A stretch of 64,000 nucleotides of DNA from the human T2T-CHM13v2.0 reference genome, Homo sapiens: the NCBI RefSeq assembly GCF_009914755.1, contig NC_060926.1; one strand, 5' to 3'. The position numbers were made by a program, and so were the translations under genes. Within the stretch, counting starts at the first letter, position 1, and each line of letters begins with the position of its first letter. The notes below the pieces were generated by a model, which worked only from the letters and a program-made list of their open reading frames with translations, was not told the origin of the DNA and did no database searches. Positions 45,173 through 61,574 of this stretch are shown here, in pieces.

Positions 45173-45528
<356 letters not shown>

Positions 45529-48333
45529 CTAGAGACTGGCTGATTTGACTAAGGCTACCAGGTAAACAGAGGAAGGTACTAGGTAAGCAAGTCGCTGGAC
45601 TTCCCATTGTCAGTTCAGTACATCTAATTACACATTATGCTTTATTAAAAGCACTGGTATTTGAATAATGTAATAAAGTGGTGCAATTTGGAATAAGAAA
45701 TTAACGATTTATGAAAAGAGAGTATGAAAGGTATTTTAAAAAGAGGCATGGTTAGAGACATGGCTCCAAGTACAACTAGTGACAATTAGTGAAAATCTTT
45801 GTAGAGAATATAAATTTCTCATACACATAACAGTTTTCAAAACCAGAAAGTCCTTTTATACTTCCTGTTAAAGCCTTCACATTTTTGCCTATTATACAAA
45901 TGTTACATTGCCCTAAGTTGAATTACTATTTTATCAAGATCTGATTTTAAGCTGTACTAAAAAAGTAAAAGACAACGAAGAAATGTTAGTTTTATTGCAA
46001 TAATAGTGACACAGTGAAAACGAGCCTATCCTGATGGAACTCTTACCTTATCCCCTTACTAAGCCCTGTTTACAGTGCATCTTCTGGCACCCCACAGAGT
46101 CATTTGAATTTTTGTCATTTGGGGTGAAGACTAAATTACAGGTTAATTTCAAACTGCAAGTAGATGTTGCAGGCTGGATTACTGTCATAGAAGAGAAATG
46201 GTACAGTAGCTACCACATATGATATAAAGCTTTATATAATCAGTATTTTCCCTTACTTCAGACACAGGTTCGGTTATTGCCTTTCTATAACTCTGCTTAA
46301 CGAAAAACTACTAAAACATTTTTTAAGAGCAAAGCTAACACACATATGATTTTTTTTTAAGTGGCATGATTTGCTTTTCCAGATCAATTCCCAAACTAGA
46401 ATAGTATTGTCTCAATTGTATTTCCCCCTACATTAGGTCAAAGCTATCAATAAATGAATGAATAATTGTTCTGTCAATCAAAGCGACACGTTAATAGTCT
46501 TTGGTCTCCAAATATATGCTTCTGAAGATTATACATGTTCAGAACAACAACAGAAAAAACAAGAATGGCAAAATGGAAATAATTCATATATTTGTCAGTA
46601 ATTTTAAGAACCAATGTTACTGCTCTTAGGATGCCAACAAAATGAATTAGAAATTTATAATGAAATACCTCATACAAAGTGTACTGGAGATAAAAACAAA
46701 GTAAATGACTAGTCAGTTCTTCAGTCCCTATTATCTAATTCGGACTTGTGGTTGGATCATGTCATTTTAAAAGACAAAAATTTACATTCCCCACATAATT
46801 TATGTCACTATTAATCTTTCATAATAAAGCTTGAAAACTTAGGTGATGACGGAAATGAAAAATATGTTTAAAAGCACCTAAAATTTGCATTGCTATGAAG
46901 ATAGCTATGTAGTCATAGGACTTTGGATTTCCATCCCAACTGATAAGAGTACTTATGCTACTCAGCTGTAGCAACGTGATACATTTCTAGAAGTGGTGAT
47001 GAAAAGCAAATTATCACAACAGCTGAACTCAAGGACATTTGGGTTCCCTCCTAGTTCTAACAGGTTCTATGACTCTGTGCTTATTAGGTTCATCTAAAGT
47101 GTTTTGCACAAGCAGAGAAAATCATCAGGTGAAAATACCACTTTTATTAGGCAGGATGAAATCAGTAAGGGAAGCACAATATCAAAAGGAGAAAGGTAAA
47201 AATTGCTTTACAACCAAAATGTGGGACAACACATTACCAATCAGTCTACTTCTAGCTTCTGTGACCCAAAGTGATCTGTGAATTTCTTTGAGCACTAGAA
47301 ATGATTTAAATCCTGCTAAGAAATAACAATAATCCTCTGAAGAAATTAATGTTGACACATTAATTTTGCATTCAAAACTTTGAGCCCATGCTTGTATCAG
47401 CATATATGCATAATTCCTAAAGCTTCACATACAAATATTTAAAGGCTCACTCCTAATAAAAATTTAGTCAATGCTTTCACAAATGACACTAAAAGAAAAT
47501 CAACTCTGTAGCATACTATTACCCTTTATAAAAAAAAAAATCAAGACACCCCCCTCAAAATTTCAATAGACTACATAATTTTCATGCATAAAACTACGTA
47601 CACTAATAAAAAGTAAGCAATCATTTTAAAAAGCAGTATTTTGTTTGGTGCAAATTAAAAATATAAGCTTTACCAAAATTCTGTAAGTCTATGAAATAAA
47701 GGTAAAATTGAGGAAAAGATTCTGTAATTTTAAATTTTAAGAACATATATATGAGATAGGCTGGGTCCAGCAAGAAATTTGGAAACTTAAAATAGAGTTA
47801 AATTCATTAACTTGAATAGACTCACTTGGCCTGCATCAAAATTCATTCTAGAATCTAGAATTCACTTCTTAAGGGAACATGACTACAAAGAGCTACTACA
47901 AACTACAATTTTTTCATTATTACACGGAAGAACATCCCGATAAATAAGCTTGAAGCTCCGATGGCAAATCTGATAGTACCACTCATTTGAGTCCTCATTC
48001 TGAAACTGAAGTATGCTATAACGTCACTGACAGAAAAACAAACACCATGTAGCATGTAAGTTTGCTGGACAGACATTTCTATGGGACATCCACCAATCAT
48101 AAAACTATCTACTTTGAGATACCAAGAAACATGTACTCCTAAAACTCATATACATTCCTCAATACATATACCTGTAAAAATCATAAATGTATTTCATACA
48201 ATCTGGAATTGTTAAAACAACCACGAGTGACAACTATCTATTTATCTATTAGTAGCTTTAAACTTAAGTCTCGTAATTTATACTAAGTAACTTTCTAATC
48301 CCAGAGAGTATACTTAAACAACAAAAGAAAGAT

Positions 48334-48716
<383 letters not shown>

Positions 48717-51700
48717 TTAAACTTATACATTGTTAGTGAAGTGGCAATTTATGTAACAGGCTTCCTTACTGAAATGCGCTCAAATCTGCAATCACTACAG
48801 AAAAGAAGGGCTGTGGGGGGAGAAAAAAGTTTAAAAAAGAAAAAACAAACAAACAAAAACCAAACTGAACTCCTTAAAAACAAACTATCTTACAAATCCT
48901 CAGCAGATGTTCAATATGGGAAGAAACCAATTCAAGAGAAACCATCATCTTCACAAAAATTATTCTGTTAAGAGAACCAGCACTTGAAAGAGCTAAATGT
49001 TTTTTTTCTGTTCATCATCTATAAATGAGGAATCTTCAAGGAGACTGGTGTTGCAATTACAACTAATCCTCCCCAAAAAATTAACTGTGTTGAAGGCTTT
49101 GTAATTTCCCTAGGTACAATTTAGCTGTCACTTACTTTAAAATTTACTCAAACATGCGTTCGGAACAGCACTAACTTCACATGTCAAGTGCTTTCCAGCC
49201 AATTGAGTCTAAACTGGAAGTCGGTGTTAAACAACTGAATGATTAGACAAGATAGCTCATTTCCCTGCTCTTTTGTTCAGAATAAAATGCCACATTTACA
49301 TTATCAGGCTCAACAGGATTTTCTGACAGAGGCAGAAAAAACCCTACTGCACACTGTCCGTACTAAGCACATGAAGCCTGTCATTTACCAATCATCCTTC
49401 AAAAAGCAATAGCCATGAATGTAACTTAATTACGACCCAATGATCCTTGACGAAAAATCATCTTATCACTGTCCTGTCCCCCTAGGGCAAATGAACCACT
49501 TTTTGTCCTTTGGCACTGATGATGCTAAATTCTTAATTGCAATAATGGAGTAAAAGAGCCAAACCTCCTTAATTTCCTTTCAGCACATAAGGAGTTTTAC
49601 TCTAGAAGGCAAGCATTCCCATAAATAATGAAAGTATCCAGTACAAATGAAGATGCTAAAATTGAAGGGGAGCATGTGTAACAGAATCATCAACATTTTA
49701 AAAAGCCTATTTCCCATTTATGTAACATATTAAAGTGTTACAGTGAGTTCCAAAAACATTGTTACAAGTTCATCTTAGAGAAATTGTGACCTTTATGAAC
49801 TCAAGATTAATTCAGCAAGAATTCTGGGAGGATAGTATATATGAAGTTCATGACACACTTAAATGAAATGCATATGTACATATACAGATTATAACACAAA
49901 CCAGCACAAAAAAAATCCTTAATGGAAAGCAGAAATTAAAGCTGCTTTGATCACTTGCACCAACATAATCCAGTTAAACAGCTTCAGTTATTTTTTAATG
50001 CATGCAATGAAACCAAAATGGATCAGGTATAAAACAAGTGAACCTGAAACTGCATCATACAAATTTTTATGCTTTAATATCTGATGGCCCAGACTTTATT
50101 AATTTCATTTCCTTGACCATAACATGAAGACTAATAAAAAACTCTTTTAACCTATTTTAAAGCATTTCTTTCTTCCTTAATGTGACGGATTGCTGTCATC
50201 TCCATGAATCAGGCATGATTTTAATAAGATAAAATACTTACAAAAGAAAATGTTTGAAATAATACTCATTTGGACTACATGTAAAATACGTGGCTTAGAG
50301 ACTGTAATGTAATGTAAATGAAACATAAAAATTTTGTTCAACTGCAAATTTTTTTCCATTCAATGCAAGTATTTTCATTTTGATAATACAAAAGCAGGTT
50401 AGCTTACCAACTTCTTTATAATTTTCTAAATCTGTTATTGTTTTGGATTTCCCTTGGCAAATGAATAAAAACAGTGTATTTTTTCTATACCCATAAAGCT
50501 TTTTTACATTGTCTAAATAACACAAACTGACACAGTATTAATTTCTCCTGTGTTTTGTCCAATGCTGGAAAAGTCGGTTCAGAATTAAGATCCACTGAAA
50601 CTTAAAGAGATTATCTTTCTAAGGAACTCAGTCTCATGGAACTGCTTCAGAATTACAACACGAAAGTGATATTCTCTTTAGAGCCTTTTACAGTGACATG
50701 CCAAAAAGATGCCTGCCTTTGAATGAAAGGGTGAAGATTTATGATGATGTTTCAAAATGTTTTTTATACTTTTATCACAAGTTTGAATAAATAAAGCTCA
50801 TTTGCCAGATGAGCTCATACCTGCTGAGGTCAATTACATGATATTACTGAAGATTATACACATTTAATCAAATCGAATACACGTGGACTTTTTGGCAGGC
50901 TAGTGTGGTTAATCCTAGCACTTGTCATGATTCTGAATTAATTAGCTATCTTCCATCAGTTGGAGAAAACACAATTGAGAAAGAGTTTCAAAGTCAGGGT
51001 TTTACTCCAGGCATTTCCCCTGACTACGAATGTTTCTGCTGTTTTCTGTAATTTCATAAATATAAAATTTCCTTTATCTTTTTATTAGTCTCATGACTCT
51101 GAAAGAGTCAATAGCCCTTTTTATTATGATAGATGAAACTGAAAGACCTCATCATGGAGACTGCATTAGCAAAGTAGTCTAAAAAAAAAAAAAAAAAAAA
51201 ACTAGGCAAATAAAAACAGAATTAAAATAAAATAAAAATAGAAGATATACATATCTGAAAGTAGTAAAACACCAATAATGAAAAGACACTAATTTAGATT
51301 TCCTTAGCTCAATTAGCAGGGAGAGCCAAATTTGACTGAGACACAGAAATATCTGACTTCAGGATATAATCAGAAGCACAGAGGATGCTCTAGGTTAACA
51401 TTTGAATTCCACACCGTTTCCATTTTCCCATGGGTAAGCTCTCCTTGGTTCATGAGCCCCATCTGCAGACCTCTTTCGGAAAGCTTTCAGGTCTCCTCTG
51501 TCTTCAAAGTATTTCTATTTGTAAGATACTTTTCTACGATGGCCTCATTTTCATTGTTAATTATTTTATTTTTGCCCGGTAGTGTAGGAGGGCCTAATTT
51601 TTCTGGGCACTGGGCCCATTTCTTTCAAATCCTTCTGTAGAGTTGCACATGCAATTTGCAGAAATGGGTCTTTTAAGCAATTGAAAAAAATTCTAATAGG

Positions 51701-53028
51701 AAGCATATTAATTATAGGATTTCTATATAAAGTTGGCTATGAATATGATAACTCAATAACACAGTCATTATTTGAATCACTATTTCTTTAAAAGGATGTA
51801 ATGCTGAGACTGTAGAGGTTAAGATTTGACCAGTCATCTAACCCGGTAATTGTTTTTGATTGGATGGCAAAGGAATTATTTCATGTGTGCATGCATGTAT
51901 TCACACATTTTTTTAAGTTAGTTAAAAGAGATGGTTTTTATTATACATTTAAAATTCAACACTAAATCATTTATTATATTCAATTAATTAAACTCTCTAA
52001 TAAATAAAGAAAAACTACCAGAAATTTGGGGAAAACATGAGAACCGTTAAAATACATATTTTATTTTTCTCCTGGCATCAACAGGACAACATCCACACTA
52101 CATCCACAGTGAGATATTTCTGCGTTTCAGTCAAATTCAGCTCTCCCTGTTAATTGAACTAAAGAAATCTAAATTAGTATCTTTTCATTTTCGGTGTTTT
52201 ACTACTTTCAGATACGTATATCTTCCATTTTATTTTATTTTAATTATTATCTTCTATTTTTGTTTGCCTAGGGTTGTTTAAACTAATTTGCCAGTGCAGT
52301 CTCCATGTAATGCAGATTACAAACTATGTTAAGCTATGAAAAAGCTGACAAAGAAGATCTAGGAAATTTAAAAAGCAAAACAGAAAACAAAAACAAGTAC
52401 AAAAGAAAAAGATGATAAATTACGCTTAGTCATCTTACTAAAATGTTTTATTCATTATAAAATAGACTGACTTTATGATTTACATTGCAAATAATGCCTT
52501 AAATTGAGCACCAACAAGAGCATTTCAAATGGAAAAATTAACAAACTCAGTAAATCTTGCCCTATCAGTAAAATTCATCTCCTACAACATTTATCAAAGC
52601 TAGAATAACTGTAATGGTATATGTATTTAAAATACCCTGTGAAGAAAAGGAGCACTGAAGATGCTTCAACACTTATTACCTGAATAACTGTCAAGACACA
52701 TACTCAAAAGCCCCAGAAGATCCTTTTTTCTTATATTTATTAATAACACTTATCAGGCTCAAAACTAGGAAAAACTAGATTCAAATTCAAGTGATCACAT
52801 GCTCCTACAAAAAAAGCACCAGGGACTATTCCATTGATATGTAAAGCCACAGGACCACAGGGCTGCTAGTGATTTTAAAGGTCACCTAGTTCATATTAGC
52901 CCTCTTACTCTGTGGTAAATGACCTCCAAGGCTTCCCCATCATGAGGGTATTTATAAAGTATAATCCGAAAATTATTAGACTCATTCTTTTAATGCCAAC
53001 ATTTAAAATTCAAAATTCAATTAACTTA

Positions 53029-53310
<282 letters not shown>

Positions 53311-54674
53311 TCAAGCCCAGCAGGAATGTAAATTCTAGTGTATAATGCCGATTTCAAGTTAATTACTACTTGCATTTCTAAACGAGACTACAATTATAAA
53401 TCCACAATAGCATGGTTTTATCATTTCCCTGCAACTTTGACTACAAATTATAGATAGGGACTATGTGCCCACTCTGTACCACATAACCCTGTATGGTCTG
53501 CCCTATAGCTGTAAGATCCTCCTAAATGGATGCTTTTATCGTTCAGAGCTAACATCTGCTAAATCACACCATTGTTTCTTCAGCAGATGGCTTGTCAGGA
53601 GGCCAGATAATAAAGATGTGTTTACACTGTATATACAGCCAGACTAATGGTCTGATACCGATAGGGCCTGTTTGCTATGTCGATACTAATTAGCCAAGCA
53701 GAGCCAATGAAAGCTTTCCAAAAGACTGCATGTTAATACATTAGATTCATTAAGCTTCATTAGGAAGGCAGAAACAAACATTTTAGGATATGGAATAAGT
53801 GCATTTTTATAATGTTGTTCTTAATTATTACACAGACAAAATGTTTTGACCACTTTACAAAAAGTGATTTTAAAAAAATAGGCTAATCCTTAGAAAGAGT
53901 TAGAAAGGCGTCCTAGGAAAACATTCAATGTTCTAATAAATGATTTTCTCCATACATTTTTCCCTATAATAAAATTAAAACAATCTTTTCTGAAAATCAA
54001 AGGAAAAGAGGAAGGCTAAAAAGGAAATTTCAAAATAAAGCCAAATCAGAAAGTTAAGAAACAAGAAAATAGTATGAATGTATTATCAAGTGTAATTAAT
54101 TTTATTAGGCTTAGCATTATCTCAACGAGAAAATTTGAGTATGCAAATCAGCTGTGTAATCAGCTATGCTTTTTCCATGAACCATTAAATAAAAACCTTA
54201 ATTAAAATAAAAACTTTAAAGTATATATTTTGTTAATGTTATTAAAAAGTAAGGCAAAGACTACTGCAAAATTCAGGCGCATATATTAGGTTATGTTTAT
54301 AGGTTTTACGTTTATAGGTTTTACGTTCAGCCTTCAGACCTTCTTAAGCAAAAACAAAGCCATTAGTGCAGGCACATAAGCAAATTGTGCCATAAGTCAT
54401 GATCTTCAAACTCAATCCAAACAGCAATGCTAATAAAAACTAGCTGCAGAAATGCAAAAAGCACTGAGCTGTGCAAATGTAAATGACAAGCTTGCCAATC
54501 CATTAAAACTAATGGCCTACACTGTCCATGTAGCTCTGGTTGGATTCACATGCAAATTTCTATGCAAAGTGTTCAAGCACTTTGCAGGACATGATATCCA
54601 TTAATATCAATTCACATGTTATTCCAGTGGCAAGATACTTGCATCACATATTTCCTTTATGTGCTGAGGCTTAC

Positions 54675-54760
54675 CTTGGAGCTTGCCATGCTTTGCCAAT
54701 ACTCTTACAAGGCCTACATACTTGCCGGTGTCAAGGACAGCAGATGAATCTAAGCGGTCA
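54675..54760 (-). CDS. LRPPRC: LRPPRC exon ~22 ([10 protein letters not shown]...KHGKLQ)
   Basis: ttag|T GAC...CAA G|gtaagc; 86 nt. Confidence 0.96.
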
Positions 54761-55454
54761 CTAAAAATTAAAGCCACATTTATATTGTTTTAAAAGTCAA
54801 TTAACTGCTAAAAGAACAGCAACATCCATTTAATCACTTTTCAAAAGCTCATCAGAAGACCTGAACTAATGTTGGCCTCTACGCTTCAGTTAGGATTTCT
54901 TTTTGAAGCCATATACAAGTTCACACGAAATTATATTCAAAGTGACTAGTGAAGTAAAAGCCCAACACTACATATATATTGCATCACTCCATCTGCAAAG
55001 GATACTTATGAAGAAACTCTTTGGCTTTAAGTGATTCTAACCTTCATCACGAATACTTGACATTTTTACTTGAAAAATCTAACAGGATAGGAAGCCAAAG
55101 GTACCTGAGAAATGGATAGAATTTTATTTACACTACAATATTGAAAGGGAAATGTTATCAAGCCTCTTAAAACAGTTACCACCATCACCACTGTTGTGAT
55201 GATATATAATCAATGGAAAAAAACCTTTGGTTCTAAGGACTAGAATGTCTTATCATACTTAAACAAAGACACCTTGCTGAACATAAGCCACAATTAATTA
55301 AAGAGCCGTATAATACGAAATTTCAAAAACACTGACAACAAAAGAATTTTTAAAAATGACATTATATAAGAGAGTAATATTCCATCTAGATAATCTATCA
55401 AGGTCTGTAGAGCAGAATAAATGTTGACAACTTGTTTCAGTGCCAGGGTACTCA

Positions 55455-55586
<132 letters not shown>

Positions 55587-56569
55587 CTAAAATACAGCAT
55601 AGATGTGAAAAAGAAGAAATCAGTGTGAAGGTAAAAATGTCACATTTTTAGCTTTACTGTTCAGAGTTTAGAAAAAGTTAATAGTACTTTAAAAATAAAT
55701 GGTTTCATGTTAACAACCTGACTCTGCCCCTTGATATTTTTATTCACCTCTAAGAAGTGGGCAAGTCTTACACGTGTAGGGGTTAAAAGATGTGTTATCT
55801 GTAATATAAAATAGGCCATTATTTATGCCAAATTTGATGTTTTAGGCTTTGTGTATGGTATTATTTAAAAAAGACTTCCAGATTAAGTAATTCCCAAATC
55901 AAATCCTAATCACAGTCTAATTTCAGGATGCAGAAATATGTATCATTGAAAAGTTTCTCAGTCTAGTTTAGTATCCAAGTAATATGAAGAAATATTTTAG
56001 AATTTAACAGTAGCAGATTATAATCATAAAGTTAGTCATGATATTTTTTCCCTAAAACTACAAGTTTATGGCTCAATTATATTGAACTAGAAAGTGAAAA
56101 ATAGTCTAGTGATATCCCACAAATTGCAGACATACACTAAAATGAACACAAAGTACAGCTGGATGCCCGCTGAAAAAAGGCAAGGGACCCTTTATCTCAG
56201 AAAGAGCTTTTTTCCAGCAGGAAAATGGAATTTCAATCCCTGCATTAACAACCTAGTAATATTTGACTTGCAAATGACTACTGCGTGTATCAGTTGCTTG
56301 ACAATCTAGATATAAGAGACCGGAGCCATGGCTTGAAAGGACATTTGGCATGTATGATAAACCTATCACAGCTGTTACTATCATTCACTTTGCAGATTAT
56401 CGTAAACAAACTACAGCAACCAGAAAACATGCCATTCAAGGTGTAGCTGAAATTAGTTAACCTTTCATTTAATTGCATTCTTTACAAGCCTGACATATAA
56501 CGATCAATTGTAAAAATCATAAATATTATATTTGGTTTTTCTTATTGTTACCAAGAATTTTTTGCCTTA

Positions 56570-56713
<144 letters not shown>

Positions 56714-56844
56714 CTACAGAAAAGAAAAAAGAAAAGAAAAATTTCCTGAAAAAGGAAATATAGTATGCCTTTTGTCACTCTTCCCTTTAAACTGACTTTC
56801 CTTTCTACCTTCCTAAATGTCATAAATGCTATCAGGGATATTAA

Positions 56845-56995
56845 TTGGGGAATCCATGGATGGACTCCAGGGATTTACAAACCTTCTGAGATTATATGCA
56901 AATTTCTTAGATATGTTGATTTTTCTGAGGTGGGGAACAGGTTTTACCAACTTCTTAGAGGTATACAAGATGATAAAAATGTGAGGAATCACTGG
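56845..56995 (+). mobile_element. hAT-Charlie MITE (MER103-like)
   Basis: tccatggatggactccaggg...attatatgcaaa...tttttctgagg...gaggaatcactg. Confidence 0.6.
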
Positions 56996-57073
56996 TTTTA
57001 TAAGTACACAATCCAGAATACTCATTAAATATGGGTATTATAGCATGTAGAATCTAGTCAAAATCCTACTTAC

Positions 57074-57118
57074 TTTTTGAAAGTCTAAATTCTTACTCTC
57101 AACCAACAAGTGAGCATC
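57074..57118 (-). CDS. LRPPRC: LRPPRC exon ~19 (DAHLLVESKNLDFQK)
   Basis: ttag|GAT...AAA|gtaagt; 45 nt. Confidence 0.94.
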
Positions 57119-57452
57119 CTAAAATTGAAATTTAAATTAGCCCAGAATTAGAAAACACACGTAAAAATACATCAGCAAACATCAAAAGCAAATTTGTAAG
57201 TCTCACCTCATATTACTACTTTTCATCTTTCCAAAATTTTAGACATTCTCTTCATACTTTATTAATCAATGTAATTAACGTTATAAATATATTTATGAAT
57301 ATATAAATAGTATTTATGAACAATCAATGAAAAGCTTCGTTTTAATGGCTGTCATTGAAACAAATTTTTTTTCTGACCAAAAGCATCATATTTAAATAAA
57401 ATTTTAACATGCTGTTATATGTAAGTTAAGCATTTTATCCAGTTGATTGCTA

Positions 57453-57614
<162 letters not shown>

Positions 57615-57715
57615 TTATCTCAGACATAATTTAAGTCTCCAACTCTTGCATGTCATTGAGAAGTGGTCTGGTTGTACTTAAAAGCAGCAATTTCAAATCT
57701 AATAGATACATGTCA

Positions 57716-57928
<213 letters not shown>

Positions 57929-58944
57929 TTATAAGAAATCATTTTGGTGTGAGATGTCACCCTGATGAGAGGCTCTGAAATGGCAACAATGATCACTGAG
58001 GCATAGAGATTATGTGGTTTGGGAGCACATATCTAACTGGTGAGTGAAAGGAATATTAATTATTTTCAGACCGAGTGACAGCTTTTCAGTACTGAATCTT
58101 ACTTCAATCTATTTTTTTTCCACCACTCTGTGACAGAAGTGGTCCTGCCCAAGGCCTTACCCCTTTCCTGTCCAAATCACACGTAATAAGAATAAATAAA
58201 TGTCTTGTACACATTTCTATACTGTTTTTTTTTTGTGGACAATATTTAGGGAAGCACATAAAATTAGAAAGGATTGTTAAATGTTGAGTAAAGAAAGTTA
58301 AACAATTTTAATAAGCAGATACAGTAATCCTGTGGAGAGCTGCCTATTAGCCAATGAAAAACCAAGATTAACAAAGATGTTTTGTAACAACAGTAATTTT
58401 CCTTTGCATTCAAGCATAAAATGTATAGGGCCATGTTACAGTAATACCTAGGATAGAAATGTAAACTTTCAAGAGGGGTACCATCTTACAGAAAACTATA
58501 TAGTCTAGCTTCATTATATGAAAAATGAAAATCATTAAATGTCAAAACAATGTATTTGGGGCAATAAATTACATTTAAGCGGAAATCCACAAGAACCTTC
58601 GCTACATTTTATGTTTAAAATTAACTACACCTGCAAAACATTAAAAGCACATAAATACTAAGAATCACTGATTTTTAAGCCTATTTCCATAGATGTTAGA
58701 AGAAACATTTCCCCAATATCTGAAAAGAAAAAGCCTCCCAACCCTGTCTTTAGAAAAAATAATTGTAACAAAATCAAACACTTTAGATCTCAAAATGTTG
58801 TAATCAATATAAAGATTTATAACCAAATGTTTTCAAATTCCACTTTAAAAAATAAAGTATTTACTGCTGTAATCCTCCTAACCCATCATTACACAGAAAA
58901 ATGGATTTGTGGATAAGTTACAATCATCGAAATTGAAACGCTAC

Positions 58945-59002
58945 CCGTCGGTCCTCGAGGCTCCTGGCAATAACGTCCATCCTTGTACAACAATTCTGTT
59001 AT
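58945..59002 (-). CDS. LRPPRC: LRPPRC exon ~16 ([19 protein letters not shown])
   Basis: ccag|ATA...ACG G|gtagcg; 58 nt, phase fits both neighbours. Confidence 0.93.
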
Positions 59003-59550
59003 CTGGTAAGACAGAAAATTCGTGCATTGCAGCAAGAGAAGCAAACAAGAACAAACACAATCTGAAATTGAATTCTTGAAATAATAAAACCTCTCCCCAG
59101 TAAGGTACTATTCTATTTCACAGTAATTCAAAACCACCCCCACCCGCCAAGGAGATTGTTTTGTTTTTAAATAATAGGTTTGTCTTTTAAAAACAAAAAC
59201 AAATCCATGTTGAAGGAAAACTGCAATGTTTTGTGAAATGTCACACAGAAAGACTCTAAACTGATTTATAAATTGATATATAAACATCACTCTGAATGAA
59301 CTGTTATAAATAGAAAAGAGCTTATAGGAATTATTGACCAATATTATTCCTCATTATATTGCTTTTGGTCTTGTTGACACTGAACTGGTTTCCTCATTTT
59401 ATATTAAGTTTTACTGAAATATAAAGTAAAATATCCTGAACTGCTAAATAACTTACATTTTTTAGATATTTAATAACAACTTCCATTCATCTTAATGAGA
59501 CTAAAACAAAAGGGGTCTAAAGATTAAAGTGTCTATTCTCATGGATTCTT

Positions 59551-59724
59551 TTTTTTTTAATTTCCAACTTTTATTTTAAGTTCAGGGGTACATGTGCAGG
59601 ATGTGCAGGTTTGTTACATCGGTAAACGTGTGCCATGGTGGTCGGCTGCACAGATCATCCCATCACCCAGGTATTAAGCCCAGCATCCATTAGCTATTCT
59701 TCCTGATCCTCTCCCTCCTCCCAT
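59551..59724 (-). mobile_element. 5'-truncated L1PA 3' end (about 175 bp)
   Basis: ttttaagttcaggggtacatgtgcaggatgtgcaggtttgttacat...; TSD tggattctt at 59542-59550 and 59725-59733. Confidence 0.9.
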
Positions 59725-59915
59725 TGGATTCTTATCAATTGGATTCACAAACACTAAAAGACACACATAACTATTATTTTTCAACATTAACTCTGCCAGC
59801 AAAATTTTAGTAGAAAACCAAATATAGGTTTCATGATAAAAATTATTACATAACCTATGGTATTGGCTTGTAACGTTAAAAGCACCTTATGATTTGCAAT
59901 ATTAGAGGGACTTAC

Positions 59916-59943
59916 CTCGCTCCAAAGATTTATATTCATAGAC
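59916..59943 (-). CDS. LRPPRC: LRPPRC exon ~15 (28 nt; SMNINLWSE)
   Basis: ctgcag|G TCT ATG AAT ATA AAT CTT TGG AGC GAG|gtaagt. Confidence 0.93.
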
Positions 59944-59958
59944 CTGCAGAGGGCAGCA
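59940..59958 (+). promoter_or_regulatory. Candidate CTCF site overlapping a splice acceptor
   Basis: AGACCTGCAGAGGGCAGCA fits the CTCF core with one tolerated A>T change; motif only. Confidence 0.45.
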
Positions 59959-60117
59959 AAGGATCGAAAATAAACCCAGGTTTATTTTCAAGTATATGCA
60001 TACTTGTAATATGTACAGATCAAAGTATTAAAATTAATAAGTAAATAAATGTTTGCTGTATCAGGATGAATTTTCAGGACAAAGGTAATTTAGAAAGGCT
60101 GACACTCACCCACCTCA

Positions 60118-60511
<394 letters not shown>

Positions 60512-61253
60512 TTAAATATAATTCCCTGAGAAGACAGAGTATCACTCATGTGGTCTTCCAGCAGGGGATAACTTGAAGCTGTAACAGTGAAGAATAAAAT
60601 ACAGTAAAATAAGATAAAAATTAGGTATCTTTTTTTGGTTAGGCTACAAAGAGCTTTAATTCCAAGGAATCTTAACTTGCCAGTAGCCTACCACATTTGA
60701 AAAACAGGACAAGGAAAGTAGAGAACAATCAGAGTTTGCAAGAAAGTGAGGGGCTAATGTGCCAAAGTGCATAATATTAAGTGGTAAAACTTGCCATGGT
60801 TCCTTTGCTGTATCCCGGACCCATCTGGGCATTTGATGAATTCTGATTATCAACTAGGATTAATTTTGTCAGGTATGATATTACGGTGGTTATGTTGTTT
60901 TATTTAAAGTAAGTTCTGAGATATATACTGAAGTATTTATGGGTAGATGACAAAGATCCATAGTTATTTTTAATAGTCCAGCAAAGAAAGAGAAGGGGAA
61001 TGGTAAAACAGGACTGCCAAAATCTTGGCTGTTAAAGCTGGGGGATGGGTACATGGCAGCTCTACTTTCGTGAAGGTTTAAAAATTCCAAAATAAAAAAA
61101 TAAACACATACCATGTCCAGTCTAAATTTTGTACTTCTATTTTAACTCTCAACATTAGTAAGCTGGGCTTCCTTTATTTATTTATTTTTAAAATTTACTT
61201 TAACCATATATTTTTATCAAAGTATCAACTTACTGTCAAATAAAAAATAGTTA

Positions 61254-61574
<321 letters not shown>

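Noticed and set aside
51332-51640. 102-aa ORF as a possible processed-pseudogene fragment
   Set aside because: TTG start, no recognisable parent gene, no tail or TSD.
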